Shown here: positions 48,228 to 58,790 of the stretch, piece by piece
Layout: every line of letters starts with the position of its first letter
Numbering within the stretch: position 1 is the stretch's first letter
Origin: a bacterium
GTDB taxonomy: Bacteria; Myxococcota_A; UBA9160; UBA6930
Reading direction: 5' to 3'
Length of the DNA stretch: 62,960 nt
Assembly (NCBI GenBank): GCA_024226235.1
Contig: JAAELW010000228.1
Coordinates: 1-62,960 of the forward strand
The notes under the pieces: model-generated
Databases searched by the model: none
What the model was told of the DNA's origin: nothing
What the model saw: only the letters and a program-made list of their open reading frames with translations
Program-made: the position numbers and the translations under genes

Positions 48228-48249
48228 CGACCAGACCGTCGACCCCGTC

Positions 48250-49515
48250 GTGAGCCAGACCGACGAGTCCCGCTCCGTTCTTCTACTCGCGGGGCTGATG
48301 GGCTATTGGGGCTTCGCCGACGTTCTGAATGCTGCGGCCGCGCCCTTTCTCGCACGCGAGTTCGGGCTCGACGATGTCAGCATCAGCCGCACGTTCGGTT
48401 GGATCTCGATCGGCGCCCTCGGCACCTATGCATTGGCGAGATGGGCCGATCGCAGGGGACGGCGCCGGGTACTGCTCTGGACGCTGCTGCTGATGAGCCC
48501 GCTCTGCATCCTCACCGCCCTGGCACCCGGGTTGAAGGGATTCATCGGCGTGCAGGTCTTCACCCAGGCGTTCAAGGGGCTGCTGGTCATCCTGGTACCC
48601 GTCATGGTGACCGAGAGCCTCTCCACGGAGACCCGGGCGCGCGGCCATGGCTGGGTGAGCCTCGCCGGCTCGTTGGGTGCCGGCCTGGGAATGATCCTGG
48701 TCGCTTCTTCCGAGAACGTCCCGGGAACTTGGCGTTGGGTGTGGGGCGCGGCGGCCGCGGGAATCTTGGGAGTACCGCTGCTGCGCCGGGTCCTGCCGGA
48801 GAGCCAGCACTTCGAACGTGCCTCCGCAGCGGGCGACACTGCAAGTGCGATGGTTCGTGACCTGTTGGGCCCGCGCTACCGACGTCGAACCATCGCCCTG
48901 CTGATCGTGTCCGGCCTGTTTCCGATGGTGATCGCCGCAACCCAGACCTGGTTGATCTACTTCCCAGTCCAGCACCTGGGTCTAGAGCCAGTGGTTGCCA
49001 CCGCAGTCGTCATCGGCGGCGGCGGGGTGGCCCTTGTGGGCTTCCCGTTGGGAGGCCACCTGTCGGAGCGCTGGGGGCGCCGGCCGACGTTCCTCGTCTC
49101 GTCCGTCCTCTTCACCGGTGCAACCTGGGGCTTCTATCACGTTTCCGGGGATTTCCCGGTCCATCCAGCCTTTGGGCTGGCCCTGGGCATGGTTGCGATG
49201 AGTTTGTGCTCCTCCGCAGGGGTCGTCCCGCTTCGCGCCGCAGTGACTGAACTCTTCCCCACCGCTCTTCGCGCAACGATCAGCGGTGGCGCTGCGATCG
49301 CTTCTGCACTCGGCGCCATCACCGCCTACTTCGCAACCTCCGTGCTCAGCGCCTGGCTCGGAGGCCTGCCCGCTGCAGCAAGCCTGCTATCCCTCGGAAT
49401 GCCGACGGCTGGAATCCTGTTCTTCCTCGCCCTGCCGGAAACACGCGGCCGGGCCATCGAAGATGAAGACTCCGCATTGTCGACCTCGAGAGAGCATCGG
49501 GAGCCCACACGCTGA
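48250..49515 (+). CDS. MFS transporter
   Basis: About 12 TMs; ADRRGRR, LSERWGRR, ELFPTALRA and LPETRG. Confidence 0.9.
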   Translation: MSQTDESRSVLLLAGLMGYWGFADVLNAAAAPFLAREFGLDDVSISRTFGWISIGALGTYALARWADRRGRRRVLLWTLLLMSPLCILTALAPGLKGFIGVQVFTQAFKGLLVILVPVMVTESLSTETRARGHGWVSLAGSLGAGLGMILVASSENVPGTWRWVWGAAAAGILGVPLLRRVLPESQHFERASAAGDTASAMVRDLLGPRYRRRTIALLIVSGLFPMVIAATQTWLIYFPVQHLGLEPVVATAVVIGGGGVALVGFPLGGHLSERWGRRPTFLVSSVLFTGATWGFYHVSGDFPVHPAFGLALGMVAMSLCSSAGVVPLRAAVTELFPTALRATISGGAAIASALGAITAYFATSVLSAWLGGLPAAASLLSLGMPTAGILFFLALPETRGRAIEDEDSALSTSREHREPTR

Positions 49516-49537
49516 GCGTTCGAGAGGTGACCGACCC

Positions 49538-50656
49538 ATGGAGCCGTTGACCCAGGCGCTACTCGGGGCCTCCGTCGCCCGCGTAGCTGCTCCGAAGCTC
49601 GGCCGACGTGCGCTCTTCTGGGGGGCTGTTGTCGGCATGCTGCCGGATCTCGATGTGCTGCTCGCGCCACTCCATGGCGGCTATGGCGAGCTGCTCTACC
49701 ACCGCGGTTCGACCCACTCGCTGTGGTTCGGACCGGTGGTGGGCCCCGCACTCGGCTGGATCCTGTGGCGGTGGCGGGACCCGAAACGGGAAACAACCCT
49801 GCGCGATTGGGTCCAGGTCTGCATTCTCGCGCTGTTCACCCACCCGCTCCTCGATTGGTTCACGCCCTACGGCACGCAGTTGCTGGCGCCCTTCAGTCGC
49901 ATGCGCTTCTCGTTGAACGGGGTCGGCATCGTCGATCCGTTCTACACCGGCATTCTGGCCATTGGACTCCTCGCGCCTGCGGGGCTGGGCCTCGCTCGAG
50001 CCGCACCGCGCCGCATAGGCTTTGCACTCGCCCTCTCCAGCCTCTATCTGGTGGGGGGTGTCGGCCTGAACCAGCTGGCCCGCTCCGATGTAGCTCGCGT
50101 ACTCGAAGTGGCTCCGGCGGAGGTGCGCGTCTACCCGACTCTCCTGCAACCGCTGATGCGACGGGTGGTCGCGCGCTACGAGGGCAGGGTCTGGGCGGGG
50201 TGGCACACGACACTGGCACTCGGCTGCCCGTTCGGGGAGGGCTTCCCGGAGCCTGCCGCGACCCCGGAATCCCTGGAACTCGAGAGCACGTGGCAGGGCC
50301 AGCTGATGCGCTGGTTCGCGATGGACGACGTGGTCGTCCACACAACCCGACTGCCGAGCGGCGGGGCTCTCGTGGAGATGGAAGACCTTCGCTACAGCAT
50401 GCCGGGCCAGCCCGCAGCGCGAAGCCTCTGGGGAGTGCGGGCACGCTACGACGCAGAGGGACGACGGGTTGGAGAGGTCGAGCGTTTCCGCCGCGCTCCG
50501 GCGGAGCGCACGACGATTGCGGTCCTGGGCGATCTCACCCTCGGGCGTTTCGCTCGCATCGGCATCGAGGCCGATCGCATCGCCGGCTGCGATGGTTCCA
50601 GCACTGCGAACGAGCCGGCTGTGCCACCCTCCGGCAGGCATTCGTCGAACGAGTGA
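49538..50656 (+). CDS. Membrane-bound metal-dependent hydrolase (YdjM/DUF457 family)
   Basis: MEPLTQALLG, LPDLD, HRGSTHS and THPLLDWFTPYGT. Confidence 0.85.
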   Translation: MEPLTQALLGASVARVAAPKLGRRALFWGAVVGMLPDLDVLLAPLHGGYGELLYHRGSTHSLWFGPVVGPALGWILWRWRDPKRETTLRDWVQVCILALFTHPLLDWFTPYGTQLLAPFSRMRFSLNGVGIVDPFYTGILAIGLLAPAGLGLARAAPRRIGFALALSSLYLVGGVGLNQLARSDVARVLEVAPAEVRVYPTLLQPLMRRVVARYEGRVWAGWHTTLALGCPFGEGFPEPAATPESLELESTWQGQLMRWFAMDDVVVHTTRLPSGGALVEMEDLRYSMPGQPAARSLWGVRARYDAEGRRVGEVERFRRAPAERTTIAVLGDLTLGRFARIGIEADRIAGCDGSSTANEPAVPPSGRHSSNE

Positions 50657-50675
50657 AGCCAATAGGACGGAACCC

Positions 50676-51536
50676 ATGAATCGCGCACTGATTCTCTTCA
50701 TCCTCCCCGCATTCTTCGCGTGCTCCGAGCCCGATCTCTACGCCGGCATGCCCGACCACGTGAAGCAGCGCCACGTGGCGCTGGAGGGCGCCCACAACTT
50801 CCGCGATCTGGGGGGATATGCGACCCAGGACGGACGCAAGGTGCGCTGGGGCCGGTTCTACAGATCGGATGCACTCGGAGACCTGACCGACGACGACGTC
50901 ACGGCAATGGGTGAACTCGGCATCAAGCTGGTCTGTGATTTCCGCTCCGCCGAGGAGAAGGCCGAAGCACCAGACCGGTTACCGAGTGATCCAGCGCCCG
51001 AGGTCATGGAGCTTCCGATCAGCGTCGAGGGCGCTGATCTGAACGTGCTCAAGGATCGCATCCTGTCAGGCGATCTCGAAGGCGTGGACCTGGGCCAGCT
51101 GCTTGTCGACGGCAACCGTGCCTTCGTCACGAAGTTCGTCGATCGTTATGCCAGGTTGCTCGAGCGCGTGCAACACGAAGAGAGCCTGCCCGCGTTGGTC
51201 CACTGCACCGGTGGCAAGGATCGAGCGGGCATGGCCTCCGCGCTGATTCTCCGAACGTTGGGTGTTCCAGAGGAGATCGTATTCGAGGATTTCCTGCTGA
51301 CGAACCACTACACGAAGCAACACATCGAGCAGCTCCTCCTGATCATCCGCTTCGCTTCGCTCTTCCGGACCGACCCGGACGAAGTCCGCCCCATCCTCGG
51401 CGTGGAGCGCGCCTACCTGGAGGCCGGTTTCGACGAAATTCGCAAACAGTTCGGCAGCTTCGACAGCTTTCGCCGCGACGCACTCGGAGTGAGCGACGAG
51501 GAATTGGTGGTCTTTCGGGCCATGGCCCTCGAATAG
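50676..51536 (+). CDS. Tyrosine-protein phosphatase (IphP/PtpB-like), lipoprotein
   Basis: FFAC lipobox-like segment, NFRDLGGY and HCTGGKDRAG. Confidence 0.9.
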   Translation: MNRALILFILPAFFACSEPDLYAGMPDHVKQRHVALEGAHNFRDLGGYATQDGRKVRWGRFYRSDALGDLTDDDVTAMGELGIKLVCDFRSAEEKAEAPDRLPSDPAPEVMELPISVEGADLNVLKDRILSGDLEGVDLGQLLVDGNRAFVTKFVDRYARLLERVQHEESLPALVHCTGGKDRAGMASALILRTLGVPEEIVFEDFLLTNHYTKQHIEQLLLIIRFASLFRTDPDEVRPILGVERAYLEAGFDEIRKQFGSFDSFRRDALGVSDEELVVFRAMALE

Positions 51537-51885
51537 CCGGTGCTGGGTCCGTCGATTCGCGATGGATCAACCGTCGGGTGGGGGCAGATTGCCCCACTTA
51601 TGTCGACCCGGCCCCCAGAAGCCCAAGGATCACGGAAGCGGATCCGATGCCACATCCTCGGATTCGGGGGAAAAAGGGGGCATTTCGCAGCGGGGCCGGA
51701 TTCTCGCTTGTCCTTGGGGCCCCCATTTTTCACTCACCTGCAAAATGGCCTGTTGCGTTCCGTGGGCGAGCGTCTAGCGTATCTCCGGTCAGAGGCCCCC
51801 TTTCGTAGCGATCAGGCTCCCGGGTTACCCAGGTTCGTGCATCTCTCGATCGAAGCCTCCTTTACGAACCTGAATCGGAGACCGA

Positions 51886-52191
51886 ATGAGCAAGAAGCTC
51901 TATGTGGGCAATCTGCCCTTCCGCACGAACGACGACGAGTTGCGCGACCTTTTTTCGCCCCATGGCAACGTGCTATCTGCACGCGTCATCACCGACCGTG
52001 AGACCGGTCGCTCCCGAGGCTTCGGCTTCGTCGAGTTTGAAAACGGTGAAGACGCCGACAAGGGCATGCGTGCCCTGGACGGCAGCGACATGGGGGGCCG
52101 CCCCCTGCGCGTCAACGAGGCGGAAGACCGCCGCGGTGGCGGCGGCGGTGGTGGTGGCGGTGGTGGTGGAGGCGGCGGCCGCCGCTTCTAG
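51886..52191 (+). CDS. RRM RNA-binding protein with glycine-rich tail
   Basis: LYVGNL (RNP2), RGFGFVEF (RNP1) and a 15-Gly run. Confidence 0.95.
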   Translation: MSKKLYVGNLPFRTNDDELRDLFSPHGNVLSARVITDRETGRSRGFGFVEFENGEDADKGMRALDGSDMGGRPLRVNEAEDRRGGGGGGGGGGGGGGGRRF

Positions 52192-53855
52192 CCGCCTCTT
52201 CCGAGACTCATCAGGATTTCGAGGCGGACCCGCTCGCGCGGTTCCGTCTCGTCCTGCGTGCGAGCCCGGCGTGCCTCTTCGGCGCGTCGGGCTCGTTTGC
52301 GTTCGGTGCGGCGCCGTTTCACCGCATGAAACCCGTGGCCATCGATCTGGTCCTTCACCGGGCGCGTACCGTGATAGGCGAAGAGATCCGTGCGGCCGTC
52401 TCCATCCGCGTCGATCAGATCGTAGGCCAGCGTCGATTCGAACGGCACCTCCCGATCGGGTGAGCTCGAGTAGCGCGCGTCCGCGTTGCCCCAATAGATC
52501 CGCAGCTTGTCGCCGCCATCGTCCGCGACCAGATCCGCGAAACCATCGCCATCGATATCGGCCCGGAAATCGAGCAGCGGCGCGATGCGACCCGTCGGCC
52601 GTGCCTGGTTGCCGAACAACAGCTTGAGAATGTCGAGCTTGTAGTCGAGCACCACCCGTCGGTCGATCCGTGCGAACTCCTTGCCCTCTTCCTGGCTGTA
52701 GCGTCCGTTGCTTCCCAGCAAGAAGATGCGCAGCTGCCAACGCAAGGCGTTCTGGGTAATCACCTTCACGGCCTGGGACGGTGCGAAGTGGAAGAACGGA
52801 ACCACCAGGTCACGGGTTCCGTTTCCGTCCAGGTCCACCAGGTTGAAATCCGGCGTGACGCTTTCGGAACGCACCCGCTGATCGGGCAACTCCGGATAGC
52901 TGCCGTCGGGACGCGAGAAGAAGATGGCCCGATCCATCCGGGTACGCTCCTCCGAACTCCCCCACTTCGTGAGGATCAGGTCCGCCCGGCCGTCGAGATC
53001 GAGCTGGGCGAAGCTCGTCACTTCGCCGGTGAATGATGAGTCGAGTTCATTGCCGGCCAACGTGCTGCGCTCGATCGTCCGGGAAGGCTGGCTCGGCAGG
53101 CTTCCGACCTCATCCTGCAGGAATACGCGAAGGACATTGTCGAGTTGGGTCACCACGTCCAGGCGGCCGTCTCCGTCCCAATCGAAGACGTGCAGGTCGG
53201 GGGTATTCATCTCGCTGGTCACGCGGCTCTGGAAGCCGCTACGCAGCGCTGCATTCACATCCGCTCCGCGGCTGGCCAGGCGGTAGAGCACGATGGCAGG
53301 GCTCTCCAGCAATTGGGTGCTGCCATCCGGTTTCACCCAGGTGGGTCCATCGGAGCCGGGAAGGAGCAATTCGTCCCGCCCGTCGCCGTTGAGATCGAAG
53401 AGCAGATCGAGGGGGCGCGGAACATCCGGGTCGGTCGCAGTGAAGACGGACGAAACCTCCGTCATCAGGTGACGCGGGCCCAGCCGGCCTGCTTCGAATG
53501 CCGACCAGACGATGCCCGTGGCGGTGACCATCACCAGCTCGGAACCTGGCGCGGGATCCACATTCCCGACATCGAAGGCACGAACGTCCTCGGGGAGGTC
53601 GATGATTTCGCAGCCGTCGAACTTCTTCTCAGGTCGCTGGAAACAGACCGCTAAGTGGTAGTCGTGGCGGTCACCAGGAGCCGCGTGAACCACCAACACA
53701 TCGTGTCGACCGTCCCCGTCGACATCTGCCAGCAGATGATCCTCGATCTTGCCCGGAAACTCGATCTTCGAGCGTACGAAGAGATCCTCTGTTGAACCTG
53801 CAGCAGCACCAGTCACGACCATGAGTACGACGAGCAGTGCCCGTACGCCCGTCAT
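52188..53855 (-). CDS. Exported FG-GAP/VCBS repeat protein
   Basis: Signal peptide; repeated DxDGDGxxD Ca-binding loops (DVDGDGRHD, DLNGDGRDE, DWDGDGRLD, DLDGNGTRD, DIDGDGFAD, DADGDGRTD); ATGA overlap with the permease. Confidence 0.85.
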   Translation of the reverse strand: MTGVRALLVVLMVVTGAAAGSTEDLFVRSKIEFPGKIEDHLLADVDGDGRHDVLVVHAAPGDRHDYHLAVCFQRPEKKFDGCEIIDLPEDVRAFDVGNVDPAPGSELVMVTATGIVWSAFEAGRLGPRHLMTEVSSVFTATDPDVPRPLDLLFDLNGDGRDELLLPGSDGPTWVKPDGSTQLLESPAIVLYRLASRGADVNAALRSGFQSRVTSEMNTPDLHVFDWDGDGRLDVVTQLDNVLRVFLQDEVGSLPSQPSRTIERSTLAGNELDSSFTGEVTSFAQLDLDGRADLILTKWGSSEERTRMDRAIFFSRPDGSYPELPDQRVRSESVTPDFNLVDLDGNGTRDLVVPFFHFAPSQAVKVITQNALRWQLRIFLLGSNGRYSQEEGKEFARIDRRVVLDYKLDILKLLFGNQARPTGRIAPLLDFRADIDGDGFADLVADDGGDKLRIYWGNADARYSSSPDREVPFESTLAYDLIDADGDGRTDLFAYHGTRPVKDQIDGHGFHAVKRRRTERKRARRAEEARRARTQDETEPRERVRLEILMSLGRGG

Positions 53856-54727
53856 AGCGTGAAGTCCCGCTTGCGGACGCCGATCGCCGAGATCGTGAAG
53901 AAGAGAGCGAGGTGACAGCCACATACCACCAACATCCGTTGGATGGGAGGGATCCACCAACTCTCGATGGCGACTCCTGTCGTCAAGTCATCGAGCACAC
54001 CCAGCGGAACCAGTGGCTGCTTCGGCAGGGAAAGGGAGCTGAACGACAGCAAGAAGGATTCACCACCCGACGAGACCGTCAATCCGAGACTCGCGGGAAT
54101 GACGGAGATCGCCCCGAGCACGAAGAAGAAGATGAGTCCGATGATGATGGCCCCGCCCATCGTGCTCGAAAAGGCCGAAACGGCCACGCCCATGGCCGCA
54201 ACGCTGGCGAAGCCAAGGATCAAGAAGAAGGTACCGAGGGCGAATTGTCCGAGTACGTAGCCACCGCTGAAGATCACGTAGCCGTTCTCGGTCAGATCGC
54301 CCAGTCCGTAGTAGGCGGCGCCACCACTGAGTGCCACCGCCCAGAGCAGGGCCACATTCAGTGTCACCATTCCCAGAGCCGTCACATATTTCGAAACGAG
54401 CAGCTCCATACGCGTTACAGGGCGGGTCAAGATGCACTTGACGGTGGAGTTCGACACGTCGATCGCGAACAGGATGCAGACGAGCACGTAGACGATGGGC
54501 ATCGATACGTCGACGAGCCGATTCACCACCGAGAGGGCGAAGTCGTAGCCGGAGTCTGCAGTGACGTTGGCCGTCTGCTCGATCCGGTAGAAGATCATCA
54601 TGCCGGAAACCGCGAGTATCGCGATCGCGACGAAGCCTGAGACCACTACCCAATAGCGTGAGAGTTTCGTCACGTCAGCGCGCACCAGCCGCGCCACGGT
54701 TCGAACAAATCCGAGAAGAGTCGTCAT
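53852..54727 (-). CDS. ABC-2 type transporter permease
   Basis: About 6 TMs, LTRPVTRMELLVSK and C-terminal KRD. Confidence 0.85.
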   Translation of the reverse strand: MTTLLGFVRTVARLVRADVTKLSRYWVVVSGFVAIAILAVSGMMIFYRIEQTANVTADSGYDFALSVVNRLVDVSMPIVYVLVCILFAIDVSNSTVKCILTRPVTRMELLVSKYVTALGMVTLNVALLWAVALSGGAAYYGLGDLTENGYVIFSGGYVLGQFALGTFFLILGFASVAAMGVAVSAFSSTMGGAIIIGLIFFFVLGAISVIPASLGLTVSSGGESFLLSFSSLSLPKQPLVPLGVLDDLTTGVAIESWWIPPIQRMLVVCGCHLALFFTISAIGVRKRDFTL

Positions 54728-55659
54728 TGAATGTCCGACACCTCTCCCGTCAGCTCGACGAAGACCTGTTCGAGGCTGCGTCGCCGGCTGTGCAGGCCAT
54801 GCACGGCGAGCCCTTCCTCGACCAGGACGCGGTTCACCTCGGAAGCTCCGGCTCGACCGTCGACGATCAACTCGAGATGGCCACGGCGGATGCGGCGGGG
54901 CTCGATCTGGAAGCGACGCGTCAACACCTCGGCCGCTGCACTGGTGCGGTCGGGCTCGACCACCAGCTCCACCACACCATCATCCGCCCCGAGCAGTTCG
55001 TCGAGCGAACCCTCCCGAAGCATCCGCCCTTGGGAGATCACCGCAACCCGGTCGCAGATGCGTTCCATCTCGCCGAGCAGGTGGCTCGAGACGAGCACCG
55101 TGGTCTCTCCCTCGTCTCGGATCTGGCGCAGCAGCTCACGGATCTCACGGGTTCCCTGGGGATCGAGCCCATTGGTCGGCTCGTCCAGCACCAGCAGGCG
55201 CGGCTTTTCGAGCATCGCCAGGGCAATGCCCAGACGCTGGCGCATGCCCTGCGAGAAACCGCCGACCTTCTGGCCCGCGCGTCTGAGAAGACCGACCCGA
55301 TCGAGAATTTCGTCGACACGCGCAGCGGGTACACCCCCAGACAACCGCCCAAAAAGCTGGAGATTCTTGTGTGCGGTCAGGAAGGGGTAGAACGCGGGCC
55401 CTTCCACCATCGCCCCGACACAGCGGATCGCGAGCTTGAAGTCCCGGCGGATGTCGTGACCGAAGATCCTCACGCTGCCACCGTCCGGTGCGATCAGCCC
55501 AAGGAGCATCCGGATGGTCGTCGTCTTCCCGGCACCGTTGGGCCCGAGAAAGCCGTAGACCTTGCCTTCCTCGACGGTAAGGCTCAGATCTTCGACAGCT
55601 GAAACGGACCCGAAGCGTTTCTTCAGGTGCTCTGCGACGACCGGCGGGGCGGGGCTCAT
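54724..55659 (-). CDS. ABC transporter ATP-binding protein
   Basis: GPNGAGKTT, FSQGMRQR, LDEPTNGLDP and SSH. Confidence 0.95.
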   Translation of the reverse strand: MSPAPPVVAEHLKKRFGSVSAVEDLSLTVEEGKVYGFLGPNGAGKTTTIRMLLGLIAPDGGSVRIFGHDIRRDFKLAIRCVGAMVEGPAFYPFLTAHKNLQLFGRLSGGVPAARVDEILDRVGLLRRAGQKVGGFSQGMRQRLGIALAMLEKPRLLVLDEPTNGLDPQGTREIRELLRQIRDEGETTVLVSSHLLGEMERICDRVAVISQGRMLREGSLDELLGADDGVVELVVEPDRTSAAAEVLTRRFQIEPRRIRRGHLELIVDGRAGASEVNRVLVEEGLAVHGLHSRRRSLEQVFVELTGEVSDIQ

Positions 55660-55666
55660 GAAGGGT

Positions 55667-57259
55667 TCAAACCTTGCCCAGGGCTTTCTCGCGAAGAATG
55701 AACTTCTGGACCTTGCCGGTCGCGTTCATCGGCAGCTCCGCGACGAGTTCGATCCGCCGCGGAACCTTGTAGTTGGCCATGTGTTCCCGGCACCAGCTGC
55801 GGAGGTCTTCCGACTTGGGCTCGGTTCCCGGCTCGGGGACGACGACGGCCAGCCCGACCTCACCCATTCGTTCGTCGGGGATGCCGAGTACGGCAACCTG
55901 TGCGATCTGCGGGTGCTCGAACATCAACGCCTCGATCTCAGCCGGATAGCAGTTGAAGCCACCCATGATGAACATATCCTTCTTTCGATCCGTGATGTCG
56001 AGGTAGCCCTGCTCGTCCATCACACCGATGTCGCCGGTGTGCAGCCAGCCGTCGGCGTCGATCGCGTTGCGCGTCTCCTCGGCGTCCTCGAAGTAGCCCT
56101 GCATCACGTTGTAACCGCGCACGATCACCTCACCGGGCTGGCCCCGGGGCACCTCCTTGCGCTCGTCGTCGACACACTGAACCTCGACATCGGGAATCGC
56201 ACGACCCGAACTCCTGGCGATGATTTCCGGGGCGTCACCCTCACGGCACATCGTCGCGATGCCTGTCGATTCGGTGAGGCCGTAGCCTGTGATTACCGTC
56301 TCGAAACCCAGCTCGTCACGCATGCGCCGGATCAGCTCGACAGGCGTCGGTGCCGCGCCCGTCACGGCGAGCCGGAGATGCGAGAGGTCGTACTTCTTCC
56401 GATCCGGGTGCATCAGGATCGATTGGTAGAGCGACGGCACACCGGGGAGTGCACTGATCTGCTCTTCGCCCACGCGCCGGAGCACTTCCGGCACGTCGAA
56501 GACCTTGTGGGGCAGGCAGGTCGCGCCACGCATGATGCACGATAGCCAGCCCGCCTTGTATCCGAAGGCGTGAAAGAACGGGTTCACCACCAGGTAGCGG
56601 TCTCCCTCCCGCAGGCCAACCACCGAACTCCACGACTCGAAGCCGCGCAGGTTCTGCTCGTGGGTCGCCATCACGCCCTTCGGGTTTCCGGTGGTGCCCG
56701 AGGTAAACATGATATCCGCCAGATCTGTGGGTCGGGCAGCAGCGATCCGCTCGCGTGCTGCCTCCACGCTGACGGCATCACCCTCGACGAGAAAGGCGTC
56801 CCAGCTCCTGGCCTTTGCATGCGCGCCGGAAAACAACACGATGCTCTCGAGCGCGGGCAGATCCTGACTCGCCACCATTTCCGCATAGCGTTCGCCCAGG
56901 AACTCTTCGACAGTGAGCACCATGCGCGCACCGCTCTTGCGCAACTGGTAGCCGGCCTCGGAGGCCTTGAAGCGCGTGTTCATCGGTACGAGCACAGCAC
57001 CTGCGGACTGAAGCCCTACCGCCGCCAGCACCCACTCGAGCTGGTTCGGCGCCCAGATGGCCACCCGGTCGCCAGGCTCGAGGCCAGCTGCAATGAACGC
57101 CCTGGCGCTTCGGAGCGCGAGCTCGCCCAACTCGTCGAAGCGCGGCTTGCGATCGCCATCTTCGAAAGCGACGCGCTCAGCAAACCGAGAGGCCGAATCC
57201 TGGACGAGGCGCGGAATCGTGCCCACTGAGGAAGGGCGGAAATCAGCGAGTTCGCTCAT
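55667..57259 (-). CDS. Acyl-CoA synthetase, FadD3-like
   Basis: FTSGTTGNPKG, NPFFHAFGYKAG, YGLTE and DRKKDMFIMGGFNCYPAEIE. Confidence 0.88.
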   Translation of the reverse strand: MSELADFRPSSVGTIPRLVQDSASRFAERVAFEDGDRKPRFDELGELALRSARAFIAAGLEPGDRVAIWAPNQLEWVLAAVGLQSAGAVLVPMNTRFKASEAGYQLRKSGARMVLTVEEFLGERYAEMVASQDLPALESIVLFSGAHAKARSWDAFLVEGDAVSVEAARERIAAARPTDLADIMFTSGTTGNPKGVMATHEQNLRGFESWSSVVGLREGDRYLVVNPFFHAFGYKAGWLSCIMRGATCLPHKVFDVPEVLRRVGEEQISALPGVPSLYQSILMHPDRKKYDLSHLRLAVTGAAPTPVELIRRMRDELGFETVITGYGLTESTGIATMCREGDAPEIIARSSGRAIPDVEVQCVDDERKEVPRGQPGEVIVRGYNVMQGYFEDAEETRNAIDADGWLHTGDIGVMDEQGYLDITDRKKDMFIMGGFNCYPAEIEALMFEHPQIAQVAVLGIPDERMGEVGLAVVVPEPGTEPKSEDLRSWCREHMANYKVPRRIELVAELPMNATGKVQKFILREKALGKV

Positions 57260-57314
57260 GACTGGCTCCGATCGGAAGACGTCAGCTGAAAATGGACGCC
57301 AGACGCCCTCACCA

Positions 57315-58703
57315 CTACATGAACCGCTGCGCGATCCGCCGCTTCCGGTCGCTGTACGGTGGGTAGAGGAACTTGAGATCCATCCGGAAGCCGCGCTTCA
57401 GGACCGTCTTGCGGTGGCTGAATGTCTCGAAACTGTATCGGCCATGGTAGGCACCCTGTCCGCTCGGGCCTACGCCGCCAAAGGGAGCACGGGCATCCAT
57501 GATGTGCATCAGCGTGCCGTTCACACACGCGCCACCGGAACTCGTCTCTCGCAGCACTTTCTCGTAGACCGCTTCGTTCTCGGTGAAGACATAGAGGGCC
57601 AGGGGCTTGTCCCTTGTGTTCACGATGCGGATCGCCTCGTCCATGTCTTCCACGGCCAGGACAGGCAGGATCGGACCGAAGATCTCCTCCTGCATGATCG
57701 GTGAATCCAGGTCGACATTGCGCAGCACGGTCGGCGCGATGTAGTTCTGCTCGGCATCGACCTCACCGCCAAAGGCCGGGCTGCCGCTTTCGAGCAGTTT
57801 TGCCAACCGCTCGCAGTGACGCCCGTTCACCACCCGCGCATAATCCGGGGCAGCTTTGGGATCCTCTCCATAGAATCCACGGGTGACGGCCTCGAGCGCC
57901 CCCACCAGCTCTTCTTCGCGATCCCGATGGACGAGCACGTAGTCCGGGGCGATGCAGGTCTGACCCGCGTTCACGAACTTCCCCCAGGCGATCCGCTGCG
58001 CGGTGGTCGCGATGTCCACCTCCCGATCGACCAGACACGGGCTCTTGCCTCCGAGCTCGAGCGTGACGGGCGTCAGGTTCTTCGCTGCGGCTTCCATCAC
58101 GACGCGACCGACGTGACCGTTTCCGGTGTAGAAGATGTGGTCGAAATGCTCCTCGAGTAGTGCGGTGGTCTCGGGCACACCGCCTTCGACGAGAGCAATC
58201 GCTTCGGGGTCGAGGTAGTCCGGGATGAAGCGTGCGAGCGCGGCCGAGGTATGCGGAGTGACCTCCGAAGGCTTCAGCATCACCGCATTGCCCGCGGCAA
58301 TCGCCCCCACCAGCGGCGAGAGCAACAGACCGATCGGGTAGTTCCAGGGCGAAATGATCAACGCCACACCGAGCGGTTCGCGCAGCACGAAAGAGCGACC
58401 GATCAACGGGATCGGCCCGATCCGTTGCGGCCGTGTCCACTTCTTCAGGTTCCGAAGCGCACCGGCGGCCTCCGTCTTCCCCTGGTAGACGTCCATCGCG
58501 ATTGCTTCGAGAGGAGGCTTGCCGAAATCCGCACGCAAGGCTTCCACGAATTCTTCCGCACGATCGGTGCACATCGCCTTGATCCCCTCGAGCTGCTGGC
58601 GGCGCCAGGCGAGGGGACGGGTGCGACCGGAATCGTAGGCGCTGCGCAAGCGCGCCACCGCATCGGGTATCTCGGCGAGATCGGTATGGGGGGCTTCCCT
58701 CAT
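57315..58703 (-). CDS. Aldehyde dehydrogenase (ALDH3/fatty aldehyde type)
   Basis: PWNYP, LKPSE, LELGGKSP, NAGQTCIAPDY and EEIFGP. Confidence 0.95.
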   Translation of the reverse strand: MREAPHTDLAEIPDAVARLRSAYDSGRTRPLAWRRQQLEGIKAMCTDRAEEFVEALRADFGKPPLEAIAMDVYQGKTEAAGALRNLKKWTRPQRIGPIPLIGRSFVLREPLGVALIISPWNYPIGLLLSPLVGAIAAGNAVMLKPSEVTPHTSAALARFIPDYLDPEAIALVEGGVPETTALLEEHFDHIFYTGNGHVGRVVMEAAAKNLTPVTLELGGKSPCLVDREVDIATTAQRIAWGKFVNAGQTCIAPDYVLVHRDREEELVGALEAVTRGFYGEDPKAAPDYARVVNGRHCERLAKLLESGSPAFGGEVDAEQNYIAPTVLRNVDLDSPIMQEEIFGPILPVLAVEDMDEAIRIVNTRDKPLALYVFTENEAVYEKVLRETSSGGACVNGTLMHIMDARAPFGGVGPSGQGAYHGRYSFETFSHRKTVLKRGFRMDLKFLYPPYSDRKRRIAQRFM

Positions 58704-58790
58704 GGGGGTCTCCTTCGGGTGCGTGGAATGTACCCAAAGCCGCGGCCCACGGGGTGAGGATGTTCTTTCCGGATCTGCGCTTCCGCTTCG

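Noticed and set aside
52135-52179. (GGN)15 microsatellite as a contingency locus
   Set aside because: In-frame mixed Gly codons encoding the normal glycine-rich tail of RRM proteins.
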